Assembly (NCBI GenBank): GCA_963785235.1
Contig: CAWAUM010000009.1
Coordinates: 340 to 64,339 of the forward strand
Direction of reading: 5' to 3'
Length of the DNA stretch: 64,000 nt
Source of the DNA: an uncultured delta proteobacterium
Lineage (GTDB): Bacteria > Desulfobacterota > Desulfomonilia > UBA1062
Part shown: positions 31,054-41,984 of the stretch, one piece after another
Layout of the letters: each line of letters begins with the position of its first letter
How positions within the stretch are numbered: the first letter of the stretch is position 1
Notes under the pieces: generated by a model
Seen by the model: only the letters and a program-made list of their open reading frames with translations
The model's database searches: none
What the model was told of the DNA's origin: nothing
Made by a program: the position numbers and the translations under genes

Positions 31054-31376
31054 TTTTTCTTTCTCCTGAGGAAATCATTTGACCACTTCTTTGGGTCTGG
31101 TCTGTATGCAGTGACTAAGACAGCTGGTGATGATTCCCCTTTGGGTATTCCCCATACAGTATGAATAGGTTTTGATTGCGCATCTTTTTGCAATAACAAT
31201 ACACAAGGACCCTTGGGATAGTCTGGATATTCTTCTATTACTATTGCAGTATTCACGCTCTCCATAATGTCTCTAATGAAAACATTATCCTCGGCCAGTT
31301 CGTCATAACCATGATCCGAGATCAGTACCTCCTTCTTTTCTATGAGGCTAAGAATTATATCAACAATTGTACTCAC
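31050..31376 (-). CDS. DUF4258 domain toxin-like protein
   Basis: ISDHGYDELAEDNVFIRDIMESVNTAIVIEEYPDYPKGPCVLLL...HTVWG...VLVTAYRPDPKKW matches the DUF4258 pattern as recalled. Confidence 0.55.
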   Translation of the reverse strand: MSTIVDIILSLIEKKEVLISDHGYDELAEDNVFIRDIMESVNTAIVIEEYPDYPKGPCVLLLQKDAQSKPIHTVWGIPKGESSPAVLVTAYRPDPKKWSNDFLRRKKK

Positions 31377-31456
31377 AAAGAAATATTAACTCCTTTTGCT
31401 GTTATTAACAATGGGCATCATAGAATAGTCTTTCATGAGCCCCCATCCGTCATGTT

Positions 31457-32143
31457 CTACGGAATCTTATTCTGCATTGTCTCGTTAAACAGATCCGCTA
31501 CTTCGCCCCAGCAAGATCCAGGATCGGCGCTTATTCTTTTTATCATTTCTTCAAACGCGCTCCACATTGTCTCCGTGATCATCTCATAGGAGTGTCCCCA
31601 GAAGGAGAAGACCCCGCACTTCCTGGCGTTCTCGTAGCGCAACCACAGGTCAGGGGCGAGAAAATGGCAACATGGATGGAACGCCATGGGGTTTTCCGGG
31701 GGATACGGGTAATCAACGGAGTGTGCGGTTCTTGCGTATACGTGGCCGGCCTCGTGGACCAGCTGCATGACCGCTTCGCTGTATGAGCCAAACGGGTAGG
31801 CAAATCCGAGCACCCCCTGAGCGAAAAACTGCTGCAGGCGCTCGCGGCCTTCCACAATGTCATACCGCGCTGCCTCTATGGCTATTTCATCGAGTCGCGG
31901 GTGCGTCAGGCTGTGGTTGGCGATGGTGAAACCTTCATATACTTCTCTCATTTCATTCCACCCGAGTCGCACGACTTCGGTGCCCATGTGTATCCAACTC
32001 ATCCTGCGCTGTTTCTCGTGCAGGCCGGCATTCAGATTGAATGTGGCCTTGGCGTCGTATCGCCTGAGGATGTCCGTGAGCCTGACATCCGTGGTCACGC
32101 CGTCATCCCAGCACTGCACTACTTTCATAATGCCGGTATTCAT
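31457..32143 (-). CDS. polysaccharide deacetylase (NodB homology) family protein
   Basis: DDGVTTD, ATFNLN and ANHSLTHPRL motifs. Start taken at MNTGIMKV (32143), a 4-nt overlap with the upstream gene. Confidence 0.7.
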   Translation of the reverse strand: MNTGIMKVVQCWDDGVTTDVRLTDILRRYDAKATFNLNAGLHEKQRRMSWIHMGTEVVRLGWNEMREVYEGFTIANHSLTHPRLDEIAIEAARYDIVEGRERLQQFFAQGVLGFAYPFGSYSEAVMQLVHEAGHVYARTAHSVDYPYPPENPMAFHPCCHFLAPDLWLRYENARKCGVFSFWGHSYEMITETMWSAFEEMIKRISADPGSCWGEVADLFNETMQNKIP

Positions 32144-33060
32144 CCTCGGTTGTCTCTCCGGGGCAATCTCCAGAGCTGCGAGATGAGCATGCCGCAGAAC
32201 ATGAGGCTGCAGCCTGTCATGGCCCGGGGGGTGAGGACCTCGTCCAGGATAATCCATCCGCCTATGGCCGCAAAGACCGCTTCAAGGCTCAGGATGATGG
32301 CGGCGTGAGCAGGGCGGGCCTTCTTCTGGGCAACCACCTGGAGTGTGTATGCCACGCCTACGGACATTATGCCGCCATAGAGGATAGGTGCGGCTGCGGA
32401 TGTGTACATGGCTAAAGTGTTTTTTTCAAAGATGATGGAAGTAATCAGACTGAGGATGGAGCACAGGGTGTATTGCAGGATGGCTATCTTCAGCGGGTCC
32501 TGCCTTGGAGAGAGCCATCCGATGATGTGTACGTGGCAGGCCCAGAAAAAGGCGCCCATGAGCACCAGCAGGTCACCGGATGATATGGTGAAATGCTCGG
32601 TGACACTCAGGAAGTACATACCCATGGCAGCAAGCACTGCTCCGATCCAGGTGCCCGTATGGGTACGGTGTTTGAGTGCGATTCCGATAATGGGCACGAG
32701 GACAACATAGAGCCCTGTTATGAAGCCTGCATTTCCTGCGGTGGTGTAGACCATGGCCACCTGCTGGAGCGATGCGCCGCAAAAGAGGATGAGTCCGGCT
32801 GCCAGACCGCCAGAAAGACTCTTGAGAGAGAAGAGGCCCGGATTACCTGATGGTGCGGCCCCAGTACGCAAACCGTTTCTCAAGACAAAGGGCAGCAGCA
32901 CCAGGCAGCCCAGAGCGAAGCGTACGCCATTGAATCCGAACGGCCCCACATACTGCATGCCAAGACGCTGCGCCACAAAGGCAAAACCCCAGATGAACGC
33001 TGTGGTTAGCAGGAGGCTGTCCGACTTCAGAGTCTGGCTGCCCTTGAGAGTTGATGTCAT
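32140..33060 (-). CDS. DMT-superfamily (EamA) transporter
   Basis: ~10 TM helices in two EamA-like halves. Start taken at MTSTLKG. Confidence 0.7.
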   Translation of the reverse strand: MTSTLKGSQTLKSDSLLLTTAFIWGFAFVAQRLGMQYVGPFGFNGVRFALGCLVLLPFVLRNGLRTGAAPSGNPGLFSLKSLSGGLAAGLILFCGASLQQVAMVYTTAGNAGFITGLYVVLVPIIGIALKHRTHTGTWIGAVLAAMGMYFLSVTEHFTISSGDLLVLMGAFFWACHVHIIGWLSPRQDPLKIAILQYTLCSILSLITSIIFEKNTLAMYTSAAAPILYGGIMSVGVAYTLQVVAQKKARPAHAAIILSLEAVFAAIGGWIILDEVLTPRAMTGCSLMFCGMLISQLWRLPRRDNRG

Positions 33061-33210
33061 GATACGTTTCTCTTTAAGCCGATCTTCCGCCGGGCAGGCC
33101 CGATGGAGCATGGCAGCAGCAGTTAAGGAAAACTTCCTGCGGCCTTATGATGCGACTTACCCGGCCGTTACTATCAAGTCAAGGGCGTAAATCCTCTTAA
33201 GAAAGGCTTT

Positions 33211-33531
33211 TCAGGTCTTCAGGTCTGTCCTGAGAGTCTCATACTGCTCTTTTGTTATCTCGCCTTTCGCATAGCGTTTTTTTATGATTTCCAAAGCGGT
33301 GTCCGGGTCTGTAAGAGCCCCGTGTTTGTGCCTTGCATTCCTGGCAATAAGGTAAACCGCAACGATAAGGAGGATGAGAAGGGGTATCATCATGAAGTGA
33401 CCCGGGTGCCACATATATCCTCCCGGGCCGCTGCCGCCGAAGTAACCATATCCCGGGCATTGTCCGTAAAGGCTGTACAGGGATGATCCATACTGTACTA
33501 ACTGGTTGTATGCATTGATTATACTTTCCAT
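33211..33531 (-). CDS. SHOCT-domain membrane protein
   Basis: Gly/Tyr-rich N-terminus, one TM helix, and a C-terminal ALEIIKKRYAKGEITKEQYETLRTDL (SHOCT motif). Confidence 0.65.
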   Translation of the reverse strand: MESIINAYNQLVQYGSSLYSLYGQCPGYGYFGGSGPGGYMWHPGHFMMIPLLILLIVAVYLIARNARHKHGALTDPDTALEIIKKRYAKGEITKEQYETLRTDLKT

Positions 33532-33667
33532 AGAAGATCCACCTCTTTCTTAGTAGTTGTGCCTTTTGTATGGTCTGCACTGCATAAAGTCCAGGCAGGG
33601 GTATGCCGATGAATTCAGGACAGAATAAAACAGGCAGTCTTCACAAGCGGCTTATCATGATATATGG

Positions 33668-34156
33668 TTGGCCGCGATTGGTTTCTTTCAAGGTTTAAAA
33701 AAGGGGATATGCTTCATGAAAGCACCTAGTTCATCGGATCTTTTGCAGGCTGAGAAGCAGATTATGGCAGGGGTTTACGGCAGGCTCAACAACCGTTACC
33801 GAAGGCGTTTCCCGGCCGAGACCGTATCGGCCCTGGCACGCGCCGTTACGTGGGTCCTCTTCAATATTGAACCTGAAGATGAGGCTGCCCTTCAATTCAC
33901 ATCGGTTTATCAAGACATAATCGATGCCGAAATAAAGAATCTCATGGAAGATGAGGAAATCAGAAGGGTCGTCACCGACACAGTCGTGCTCAAGGCCGTG
34001 TTTTTACACCGGCAGCAGGGCTGTAAAAGCGATTCCTACATGAAGACAATCGAGCACCTGAAGCGCTCCGGCATCTTCCTTGAAGGAGAGAATCCGCCTA
34101 CTCCCAAGGGCTATATCGAAATGGCCAAGGAGTTTTATACGGCAACACCGTGGTAA
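33668..34156 (+). CDS. hypothetical protein
   Basis: Intact ORF (the start may be MKAPSS at 33716). No family recognised. Confidence 0.4.
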   Translation: MAAIGFFQGLKKGICFMKAPSSSDLLQAEKQIMAGVYGRLNNRYRRRFPAETVSALARAVTWVLFNIEPEDEAALQFTSVYQDIIDAEIKNLMEDEEIRRVVTDTVVLKAVFLHRQQGCKSDSYMKTIEHLKRSGIFLEGENPPTPKGYIEMAKEFYTATPW

Positions 34157-34290
34157 AGCATGTGCAGTAAAAGTTTTTAATGCTCGGTAGATTGTCTTTC
34201 ATCACATAGATATCCTGTGATATTAACTGGTGGTACTGCCCTTATTATAAGGGGCTGAGAATATAATCTAAAGTTCGAATGTGAGACACC

Positions 34291-35056
34291 ATGTTCCCGA
34301 TCCGTGATGACAATCCGACATTAAGCACTGCATGGGCGACATTCTTCATCATCGGGCTGAATATCGCTGCCTGGATACTTCTCCAGGGCTTTGGCATGTA
34401 CCCGGAGCTCCCCATGTCTCTATGTAAATACGGGGTAATCCCCGGAGAGCTGTTAGGGACAGTCCCACCTGGTACCACTGTACCTCTTGGTTACGAGATT
34501 TCCTGTATCGTACAGGGTGCCCATAACTGGTACACCATCTTTTCCCACATGTTCATGCACGGAGGCTGGTTGCATATTATCGGCAACATGTGGTTTCTGT
34601 ATATCTTCGGCGACAATATCGAGGATGCAATGGGATCGGGCAGATTTATCCTGTTCTACCTGGCATGCGGGCTCGCGGCAGTGGTGGTCCAGATGGTTGC
34701 GAACCCGGCGAGTGCAATTCCCATGGTTGGGGCATCGGGCGCCATCAGCGGGGTCATGGGGGCATATATCATCCTGTTCCCAAGGGCTCCGGTGCATATG
34801 CTCGTGTTCTTCGGGTTCTTCTTTACCCGCATCGTGGTGCCGGCCTTTTTCATGCTGGGCTACTGGCTCCTCCTCCAGCTTTTCGGCGGGTTCTTCTCTC
34901 TGGGGGCGTGCTTCCGGCGGGGTGGCCTTCTGGGCCCATGTGGGCGGTTTCGTTGCCGGCATGCTTTTGGTCCTTCCTGTCTGCAATTCCGAGAGGACGG
35001 CTGCCTGCCGTGCGCGCAGGGGCGTTCTGGACGGCATGGTGAGAAGGGTGAAGTAG
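34291..35056 (+). CDS. rhomboid family intramembrane serine protease; one frame break as sequenced
   Basis: HMFMHGGWLHIIGNMWFLYIFG and GASGAISGVMGAY (catalytic Ser). After ~34905 the catalytic-His segment GGVAFWAHVGGFVAGMLLV is in another frame, ending at 35056. Confidence 0.8.
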
Positions 35057-35072
35057 GTCCGGGCCTCAGGTT

Positions 35073-35294
35073 AAATCCGGATCTTGCGTTTGGATGTATC
35101 CATCAATACTTTAGGCACTTAAGGTAACCTTGAGCATAGAATTCATTACAGCCATGGTAGTGCTTTTTTTAATAGGTCCGTTCAAAACCTTTATCTTGCA
35201 GCCTCGAAGGACTGATAAAATCTGCGTTCCTCAAAGGCTGCAAGATAAAGGCTTTGAACGGAAAAAGGTTTTTGCGCATCTCAAACGCAGAATC
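35073..35294 (-). repeat. hairpin-MITE family, full copy
   Basis: AAATCCGGATCTTGCGTTT ... CAAACGCAGAATC. Hairpin 35175-35262 with box CCTTTAT/ATAAAGG. Starts 17 nt after the rhomboid stop. Confidence 0.85.
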
Positions 35295-35381
35295 TACGGT
35301 TTATGCAATTATCAGATTGATTAAACGGTCCGGCTTCTATAATATTTTGCGGTTACTTTGATAGAGAGAAGGAGTTGCTCC

Positions 35382-37173
35382 ATGAGTACAGGCATCAAAC
35401 ACGAACGGCTTAACAAGTGGGTTTCCGAAGTGGCTGACATGTGCATGCCCGAATCGGTCATCTTGTGCGACGGAAGCAAAGACGAATACGACCGCCTCAT
35501 GGCGGGCATGGTTGCAAGCGGCAGTGCAATCCCGCTCAAGAAGCGGCCCAACAGCTTCCTTTTCCGCTCGGACCCGAGCGATGTCGCCAGGGTGGAAGAC
35601 CGCACGTACATCAGCACGCCTGATAAAAATGAAGCAGGCCCAACCAATAACTGGGTCGACCCGGCAGAACTGAAACAGACCATGAAGGCCCTTTACAAGG
35701 GATGCATGAAGGGCAGGACCATGTATGTGATCCCGTTTTCCATGGGGCCCATCGGGTCGCCCATCAGCAAGATCGGCATGGAGATCACGGACAGCCCCTA
35801 TGTGGTGTGCAACATGCACATCATGACAAGGGTGGGGACAAAGGTTATGGAGGCCCTGGGCACGGACGGTGAATTCATCCCCTGCGTCCATTCCGTGGGC
35901 GCACCGCTGGAGCCGGGGCAGAAAGACGTCCCGTGGCCCTGTGCACCCATCGAGAAGAAGTACATCAGCCATTTCCCGGATGAAAACCTCATCTGGTCAT
36001 ATGGTTCCGGATACGGCGGCAACGCGCTGCTTGGCAAGAAGTGCCTGGCCCTGCGCATAGCATCCGCCATGGCTAAGAGGGAAGGGTGGATGGCCGAGCA
36101 TATGCTCATCTTGCGCCTGACAAACCCCGAGGGAACCCAGTTCCATATCGCAGCGGCCTTCCCGTCGGCCTGCGGCAAGACGAATCTGGCCATGCTCCAG
36201 CCCACCATTAAAGGCTGGAAGTGTGAGACCATCGGCGACGACATCTCCTGGATGAAAATCGGCCCTGACGGAAGGCTCTATGCCATCAACCCCGAGGCAG
36301 GGTTCTTCGGCGTGGCGCCAGGGACCTCCTATAATTCAAACCCCATGGCCATGGATACCCTGCACGAAAACTGCATCTACTCCAACTGCGCACTCACCGA
36401 CGATGGCGACATCTGGTGGGAGGGAATGGACGGCGAGCCCCCTGCTCCACGCCATCGACTGGAAGGGCCGCGACTGGACGCCTGAGAGCAAGGAGGTGGC
36501 AGCCCATGCCAATGCCCGCTTCACCGCACCTGCCGGACAATGTCCTGTCATCTGCGCCGACTGGGAGAAGCCCGAGGGCGTGCCCATCGACATCTTTGTC
36601 TTCGGCGGCAGGAGGGCAGGGGTAGTGCCGCTTGTGAATGAGGCATTCAATTGGGACCACGGTGTATTCCTGGGTGCGACCGCTTCGTCGGAGACAACGG
36701 CGGCCAATATCGGAGACATCGGGGCGCTCAGGCGCGATCCGTTTGCCATGAAGCCGTTCTGCGGCTACAACATGGGCGACTACTTCCAGCACTGGCTGAA
36801 CATGGGCGACAAGCTGGGCAAGAATGCCCCGCGTATCTTCTATGTGAACTGGTTCCGCAAAGGCGTGGCAGGTAAGTTCCTCTGGCCGGGCTTCGGCGAG
36901 AACTCAAGGGTATTGAAGTGGATGTGCGACCGCATCGACGGCAAGGCTTCTGCTCGTGAAACCTCCATCGGCCTGATTCCTGAGGAAGAAGACCTTGACC
37001 TGAAGGGCCTGAACATCCCGCAGGAAAACCTGCACGAGCTCCTGAAGGTCGACGTGGATGTGTGGAAGGCCGAGATGCCGAGCCTGGAGGAGCACTTTGC
37101 CCAGTTCAAGGACAGGCTGCCCCAGCGCATTATGCAGCAGCTCGATGCCCTGAAAGAACGGCTGAACAAGTAG
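35382..37173 (+). CDS. pckG: phosphoenolpyruvate carboxykinase (GTP); one frame break as sequenced
   Basis: RBS AAGGAG then [14 protein letters not shown]. Carries [35 protein letters not shown] and FGGRR. The frame changes at ~36445 (observed GCTCCACGCC, where GCTCACGCC would keep ...[14 protein letters not shown] in frame). Confidence 0.9.
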
Positions 37174-37189
37174 AGAAAAAATACCATAG

Positions 37190-37240
37190 GCAGGGGCCGT
37201 GCGTGATTCAGCAGGTGGTAGTGCGGTCCCTGCTTTTTTT
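37190..37240 (+). terminator. rho-independent terminator of pckG
   Basis: GCAGGGGCCGTGC...GTGCGGTCCCTGC stem, followed by TTTTTTT (37234-37240). Confidence 0.7.
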
Positions 37241-37259
37241 ATCCAGTTATCTGACTTTT

Positions 37260-37478
37260 ATCCCAGATTTTATGCTTGAAGAGGTGTAAAAACCTTTTTC
37301 CGTTCAAAACCGTTATCTTGCAGCCTTTGAGGCATGCAGATTTTATGGGTCCTTCTCGGCTGCAAGATAACGGTTTTGAACGGACCTGTTTAACAAAAGC
37401 AAAACCATAGTCTATGGCTAAAGCCACCTGAAGTGCATTGAGTATGCATAGGTACATTCAATTTCAGAATCCGGATTT
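37260..37478 (+). repeat. hairpin-MITE family, full copy
   Basis: Hairpin 37299-37386 with box CCGTTAT/ATAACGG. The 3' end is ...GGTACATTCAATTTCAGAATCCGGATTT and the 5' TIR is degenerate. Ends ~36 nt before the next gene. Confidence 0.85.
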
Positions 37479-37513
37479 ACGAGCCTTATTGACTCCATGT
37501 GCCATTGGATTGT

Positions 37514-38663
37514 ATGACAATAAGACGAGAAAGGAGATACGTGGATTTGCACCCTGCCATTACACCGTTTGATGAAGCAGTACGCTTCAGGAGGCAGCGC
37601 CTTGAAGAGGCGGCATCCAGCGGCAGGAAGGTCATCGGCTATTTCTGCACCTATACCCCTGTGGAGATCATCCATGCCGGCGGCTTTATCCCGGTGCGCA
37701 TCTGGGGAGGGACCGGCCGGATTGAGAAGGCCTATTCGCTGGTGCCGAACTTTATCTGTCCGTACATGAGGCTTTCCCTGGAAGGGGCCTTGAACAACGA
37801 GTTCTCGTTTCTGTCCGGGATCGTGCAGGGGTACACCTGCGATGTGGCCTGTGGTGCCGTGAATATCTGGAAGGATAACTTCAGCCTGGAGCTCTGCCAC
37901 AGCCTGCCTTTACCCTATAACGACAACCAGGATGCACGGGAATTCCTGCGGGCCGGCATTGAGGAGCTTGCCTGCAAGCTGACACGGATCGGGGGCAGCC
38001 TCACGGATGAATCGCTGAAAGACTCGCTTGAGCTTTATGAAGAGATAAGGACGATCCTTGCATGGTTATTTGAAATGACGTGCCCAGGGCAACCTGCCGC
38101 TTACGTGCCGGTGATGTCCTGAGCGTTGTGCAGGCGTACTTTGTCACCCCGCCTGAAGAGTACCTGGAAATGCTCAAGGCCTTGATGGTGTACCTGAAGG
38201 GCGCCCCGGTATCAATAACCCCAGGGAATACCGGTCCTCGTATCGGGCAGCGTCGTAGAGGATGCACAGGCCTTTACGATCATGGAGGGCCTTGGCTTCA
38301 AGGTCGTTGCCGATGATCTCTGTACGGGCCGGCGTGGCTTCATACCGATAGCCGGTCTCGGGGAGACGCCCATGGAGCGTCTTATAGACAGGATCATGAA
38401 CAGGTTTCCCTGCCCCTCACGGTCGCACCCCAGGGAGAGGGTGCCGCTCCTCCTGGAGCTCATCAGGGCATCCCATGCAAAAGGGGTCATCTTCGTATTT
38501 CAGAAGTTCTGCACGCCGCACCTGGCGGACCACCCCAAGGTTGCACAAGGGTTGAAAGATGCAGGTCATCCCCAGCATAGCAATCGAACTCGATGAGTCC
38601 GGGCTCATGGAGGCGCAGGTGGCAACAAGGCTGGAGACCTTCTGGGGCATGTTGAGGCAATAA
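37514..38663 (+). CDS. 2-hydroxyacyl-CoA dehydratase / benzoyl-CoA reductase BcrC-BadD-HgdB family subunit; at least 3 frame breaks as sequenced
   Basis: GRKVIGYFCTYTPVEIIHAGGFIPVRIWG, then AGDVLSVVQAYFVTPPEEYLEML, then GIPVLVSGSVVEDAQAFTIMEGLGFKVVADDLCTG and KGVIFVFQKFCTPH..., in successive frames. Confidence 0.7.
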
Positions 38664-38664
38664 G

Positions 38665-39915
38665 ATGGAGACGAACCGGAAGTCCACGAAACGCTTGAAT
38701 ACGGCCAGAGACCTCACAAAAGTGGTGGCGGAATACTACCTGGAGTGCCACCAGGCCAAGGCCTCGGGCAAGCCCGTCGGCTGGATGCCCCCCATGAACG
38801 GGGCCATAGAGGTATTCTATGCCATGGACCTGCAGCCGGTCTTCCCGGAAAACTGGTCGCCCGTGTGCGCGGCCTTCGGGCTGACGCCCGAGCAACTTCG
38901 ATATCTCCGAGCGCATGGGCTATTCGGGCGATCTGTGCGGTTATCTGCGCAATATCGTGGGCTATGTGCATGGTGACATGAACGGTCCGGCTGTCCCGCT
39001 GGGCGGCCTGCCCGAGCCGGACATGGTCATGTCCTTCGGCGGCGGGTGCATTCCGGCCATGAAGATCTTCCAGATCATGGAAGGGCGCTTTCCCAGCGGC
39101 AAAGGTCTTCAGGGCGGATGTGCCCCAGGTGGCAGTGGAGGACATCCGCGACCACCATGTGGCCTATGCGGTGAGCGAGATACACCGGCTCATAGATTTC
39201 CTTGAAAGGACAACCCGACAGAAGGCTCGATATGGCAAGGCTCGCCGACGTGGTAGAGCTCTCGGACAGGGCATGCCTGCTCTGGGACGAGATCATGTCG
39301 TTCCGCCGGTTCATACCCACCCCCATCTCGGCAGCCGAGATCGGCATCATGTTCGTCATGGTCACCAGGCAGGGTACGCAGATCGCCGTGGACTTCCTCA
39401 CCCGGGTGCGTGACGAGGTCAAACAAAGGGCAGCCTCGGGCATCGGAGTCATCGAGAACGAGAAGATCAGGCTCTTCTGGGACAACATCCCTCTGTGGTA
39501 CAACATGGGTCTGTTCAACTACTTCGAAAAGATGGGCGGCGTGATGGTTGCCGAGACCTATTCTGCAGCCTGGTCGCTCCGGCTTGACACGAAAGATCCC
39601 ATCGAGGCCCTTGCACGGAAGAGCCTCATGTCGTATTCGCTTGTCTCGTGCCTGTCCATTGATCGCCGCAAGGAGATGGTGCTCAAGGCCTGCCGTGACT
39701 ACAAAATCGACGGGGCCGTGTTCCACCAGAACAAGTCGTGTGCGCCCATCACCCTTGGCCAGGCGGACATCCGCAAGGCCTTATCCGATGAACTCGGCAT
39801 CCCTTCCATCACCATTGATGCCGACCATATGGACAGCCGCAACTTCTCTTTTGCCCAGTTTCAGACCAGGGCTGACGCGTTCATGGAGATGCTGCTCCAG
39901 AAAAAGCAGGGTTGA
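38665..39915 (+). CDS. 2-hydroxyacyl-CoA dehydratase family subunit (second component); 3 frame breaks as sequenced
   Basis: KPVGWMPPMNGAIEVFYAMDLQPVFPENW, MGYSGDLCGYLRNIVGY, VAVEDIRDHHVAYAVSEIHRLIDFLE, and LFWDNIPLWYNMGLFNYFEKMGGVMV...IDGAVFHQNKSCAP. Frames run 1>2>0>1. Confidence 0.7.
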
Positions 39916-39934
39916 AAAAGCGGGTTCTTTTTAT

Positions 39935-40125
39935 AAATCCGGATTGTGCGTTTAAGGAGTGTAAAAACTTGGTCCGTTCAAAACCTTTATCTTGCAGCTT
40001 TTGAGGAACGTTAGTTTTATCAGCCCTTCAAGGCTGCAAGATAAAGGTTTTGAACGGATCTATGAAAAAAAGCACTACCATGGTCGTAATGAGTTCTATT
40101 CTTAAGTTCACCTGAATCGCACGCA
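39935..40125 (+). repeat. hairpin-MITE family, 3'-truncated copy
   Basis: AAATCCGGATTGTGCGTTTAAGGAGTGTAAAAAC... Hairpin 39971-40060 with box CCTTTAT/ATAAAGG. The right arm ends at ...CACCTGAATCGCA, next to the stop of the convergent gene. Confidence 0.85.
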
Positions 40126-40129
40126 ATGC

Positions 40130-40504
40130 CTATGGATTGTTAATCTTGAATTTGACCGAGGCCTTTGTATCACCTTCAATAATCAGTATGGCTCCATACG
40201 ATCCCTTGGGAAGGTCATTGAACCACCACCATTTGGTCCAATTCTCAGGAACATAATCCTTGTATGTCTTCACGACAGTTCCTGTAGAAAGGTCACTTAT
40301 CCGAACCGTTACATTATGCCCGCCACAGCCTGTAACAACCACTGCGGGTATTTCGCCTGCAGCGTATTGATCTACCCGCATAGTATAGTTACCGGCCTTA
40401 ACATCAACCTGACGGGACATGTGTATGTCCTGGGGAACAGCAGCACAGCCGAACATGAATACTACTGATATGAATACGAGAACGGATGATAATAGTTTTA
40501 TCAT
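40130..40504 (-). CDS. small lipoprotein, unknown function
   Basis: RBS AAAGGAGA then MIKLLSSVLVFISVVFMFGCAAV (lipobox). 124 aa. Confidence 0.55.
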   Translation of the reverse strand: MIKLLSSVLVFISVVFMFGCAAVPQDIHMSRQVDVKAGNYTMRVDQYAAGEIPAVVVTGCGGHNVTVRISDLSTGTVVKTYKDYVPENWTKWWWFNDLPKGSYGAILIIEGDTKASVKFKINNP

Positions 40505-40690
40505 AGTGTCTCCTTTCATGATTCCTATGATAGCACAAACAGCTATAAAACTTAAAAAAATCCTCAATAGCATTTTTTCTCCTAAGTCTTCCTGATTTGA
40601 ACAGGGTGTGAGATAATTACGGGGAGTTGACACAAGCCATACTCCATGACAGATGAGGGAAGACGAGAAGGTATATGCGCCGGGAGGCAT

Positions 40691-41293
40691 ATGGACAGGC
40701 AGGAGAAACTGAACCTTATTTATGATGCTGCTTTAAAGGTATTCTCACAGTATGGATACAAGAGGACCCGCGTGGAGGACATCGCCTCCGAGCTGGGCAT
40801 GACCAAGGGAAACTTGTACCTGTATGCGAAGGACAAACGCGAACTGTACGAGAAGGCAGTATCTTACGGACTGCTCCGGTGGCAGGCAAAGGTGCGCGAT
40901 GCCGTCAAAGGCATAGATGATGTGAAAGAACAGTTTGTCGCCATGTGCAAAAAGAGCTTTATGTATCTCTCCAGGGATGTGGCGCTGAGGACCATCCTTA
41001 TCAACGACCCGTCCATCTTCCCCCTGTCCCCCAAGGAGGACAGGTTTGCCGAAATCAACCGGGCATCCATGGATATGCTCAAGACCTTGCTGAAAAAGGG
41101 AATGGATGAAAATAAATTCCGCCGGATCGACATCAAGTATGTAACCGACCTACTCTTTTCCATCTATGTCATGTTCATCATTAAGACCTACATCAAGTCA
41201 GAGGGCAAATCCACCCGCAGGATGTTCGATCAGGGCATGGACCTCATATTGAGCGGGCTTGTGAGTCGTGACGAATCTCATTCACAGGTATGA
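40691..41293 (+). CDS. TetR/AcrR family transcriptional regulator
   Basis: IYDAALKVFSQYGYKRTRVEDIASELGMTKGNLYLY (TetR HTH). Confidence 0.8.
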   Translation: MDRQEKLNLIYDAALKVFSQYGYKRTRVEDIASELGMTKGNLYLYAKDKRELYEKAVSYGLLRWQAKVRDAVKGIDDVKEQFVAMCKKSFMYLSRDVALRTILINDPSIFPLSPKEDRFAEINRASMDMLKTLLKKGMDENKFRRIDIKYVTDLLFSIYVMFIIKTYIKSEGKSTRRMFDQGMDLILSGLVSRDESHSQV

Positions 41294-41391
41294 CTATGGC
41301 GGTTAAATAGAATTTGTCTCTCAAAATAATATATGATAGCTCTTAATGAGATGTACCGGATGTTAAGATACTAGAAGGTGCCAGGAAGGGT

Positions 41392-41829
41392 ATGAAGACA
41401 ACAGCAGTAAAACCTATGAGATGCGAATTCGCCGACGAGGGGGTCTTGTGGATCGACAAGATCGCCACCGGGGTGGGCGTCATCATCTATAACCCCCAGC
41501 ACAAATTTGCTGCAGGGTTCCACGTGCTGAGAGGGAAATCCAAAGGGCAACGGGCGGAGAACCCTGCGTACTTCGCCGATACGGTCATAGAGTATGCTGT
41601 CCAGGAATTTATGAAAAGAAGCATCCCGCTGAAGGTGTCGGTAGCCATTGCCGGAGGGGCCTCAATGCTTTCATCGAATGAGCAGAACGATGTCGGTGCA
41701 GGGCTGATTCATCAGGTGAAAGAGATGCTTGCAGACAAAAAGCTCGATGTAAAGATAGAAAACCTAGGCGGGACCAAGCTTCGCACCATGATCCTGAATG
41801 TGGATGAGGGCAAGATTAAAATATCGTGA
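41392..41829 (+). CDS. CheD-like (chemoreceptor glutamine deamidase family) protein
   Basis: C-terminal pattern KVSVAIAGGASML...DVGAGLIHQVKEMLADKKLDVKIENLGGTKLRTMILNVDEGKIKI resembles CheD. The N-terminal catalytic region is divergent. Confidence 0.45.
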   Translation: MKTTAVKPMRCEFADEGVLWIDKIATGVGVIIYNPQHKFAAGFHVLRGKSKGQRAENPAYFADTVIEYAVQEFMKRSIPLKVSVAIAGGASMLSSNEQNDVGAGLIHQVKEMLADKKLDVKIENLGGTKLRTMILNVDEGKIKIS

Positions 41830-41984
41830 TGCATACGCCACAAGAATAATGAAATTATCTCAGGGATAGATGCTATGACGAATGGGATGATCCCGGGAAC
41901 CACCGGATATACTGATGATTTGCCGGAGTTGCCTTTCCGTCCTACAAGGCCGGTAAGGGAACAAGATATGGGAGGTAGTATCAG

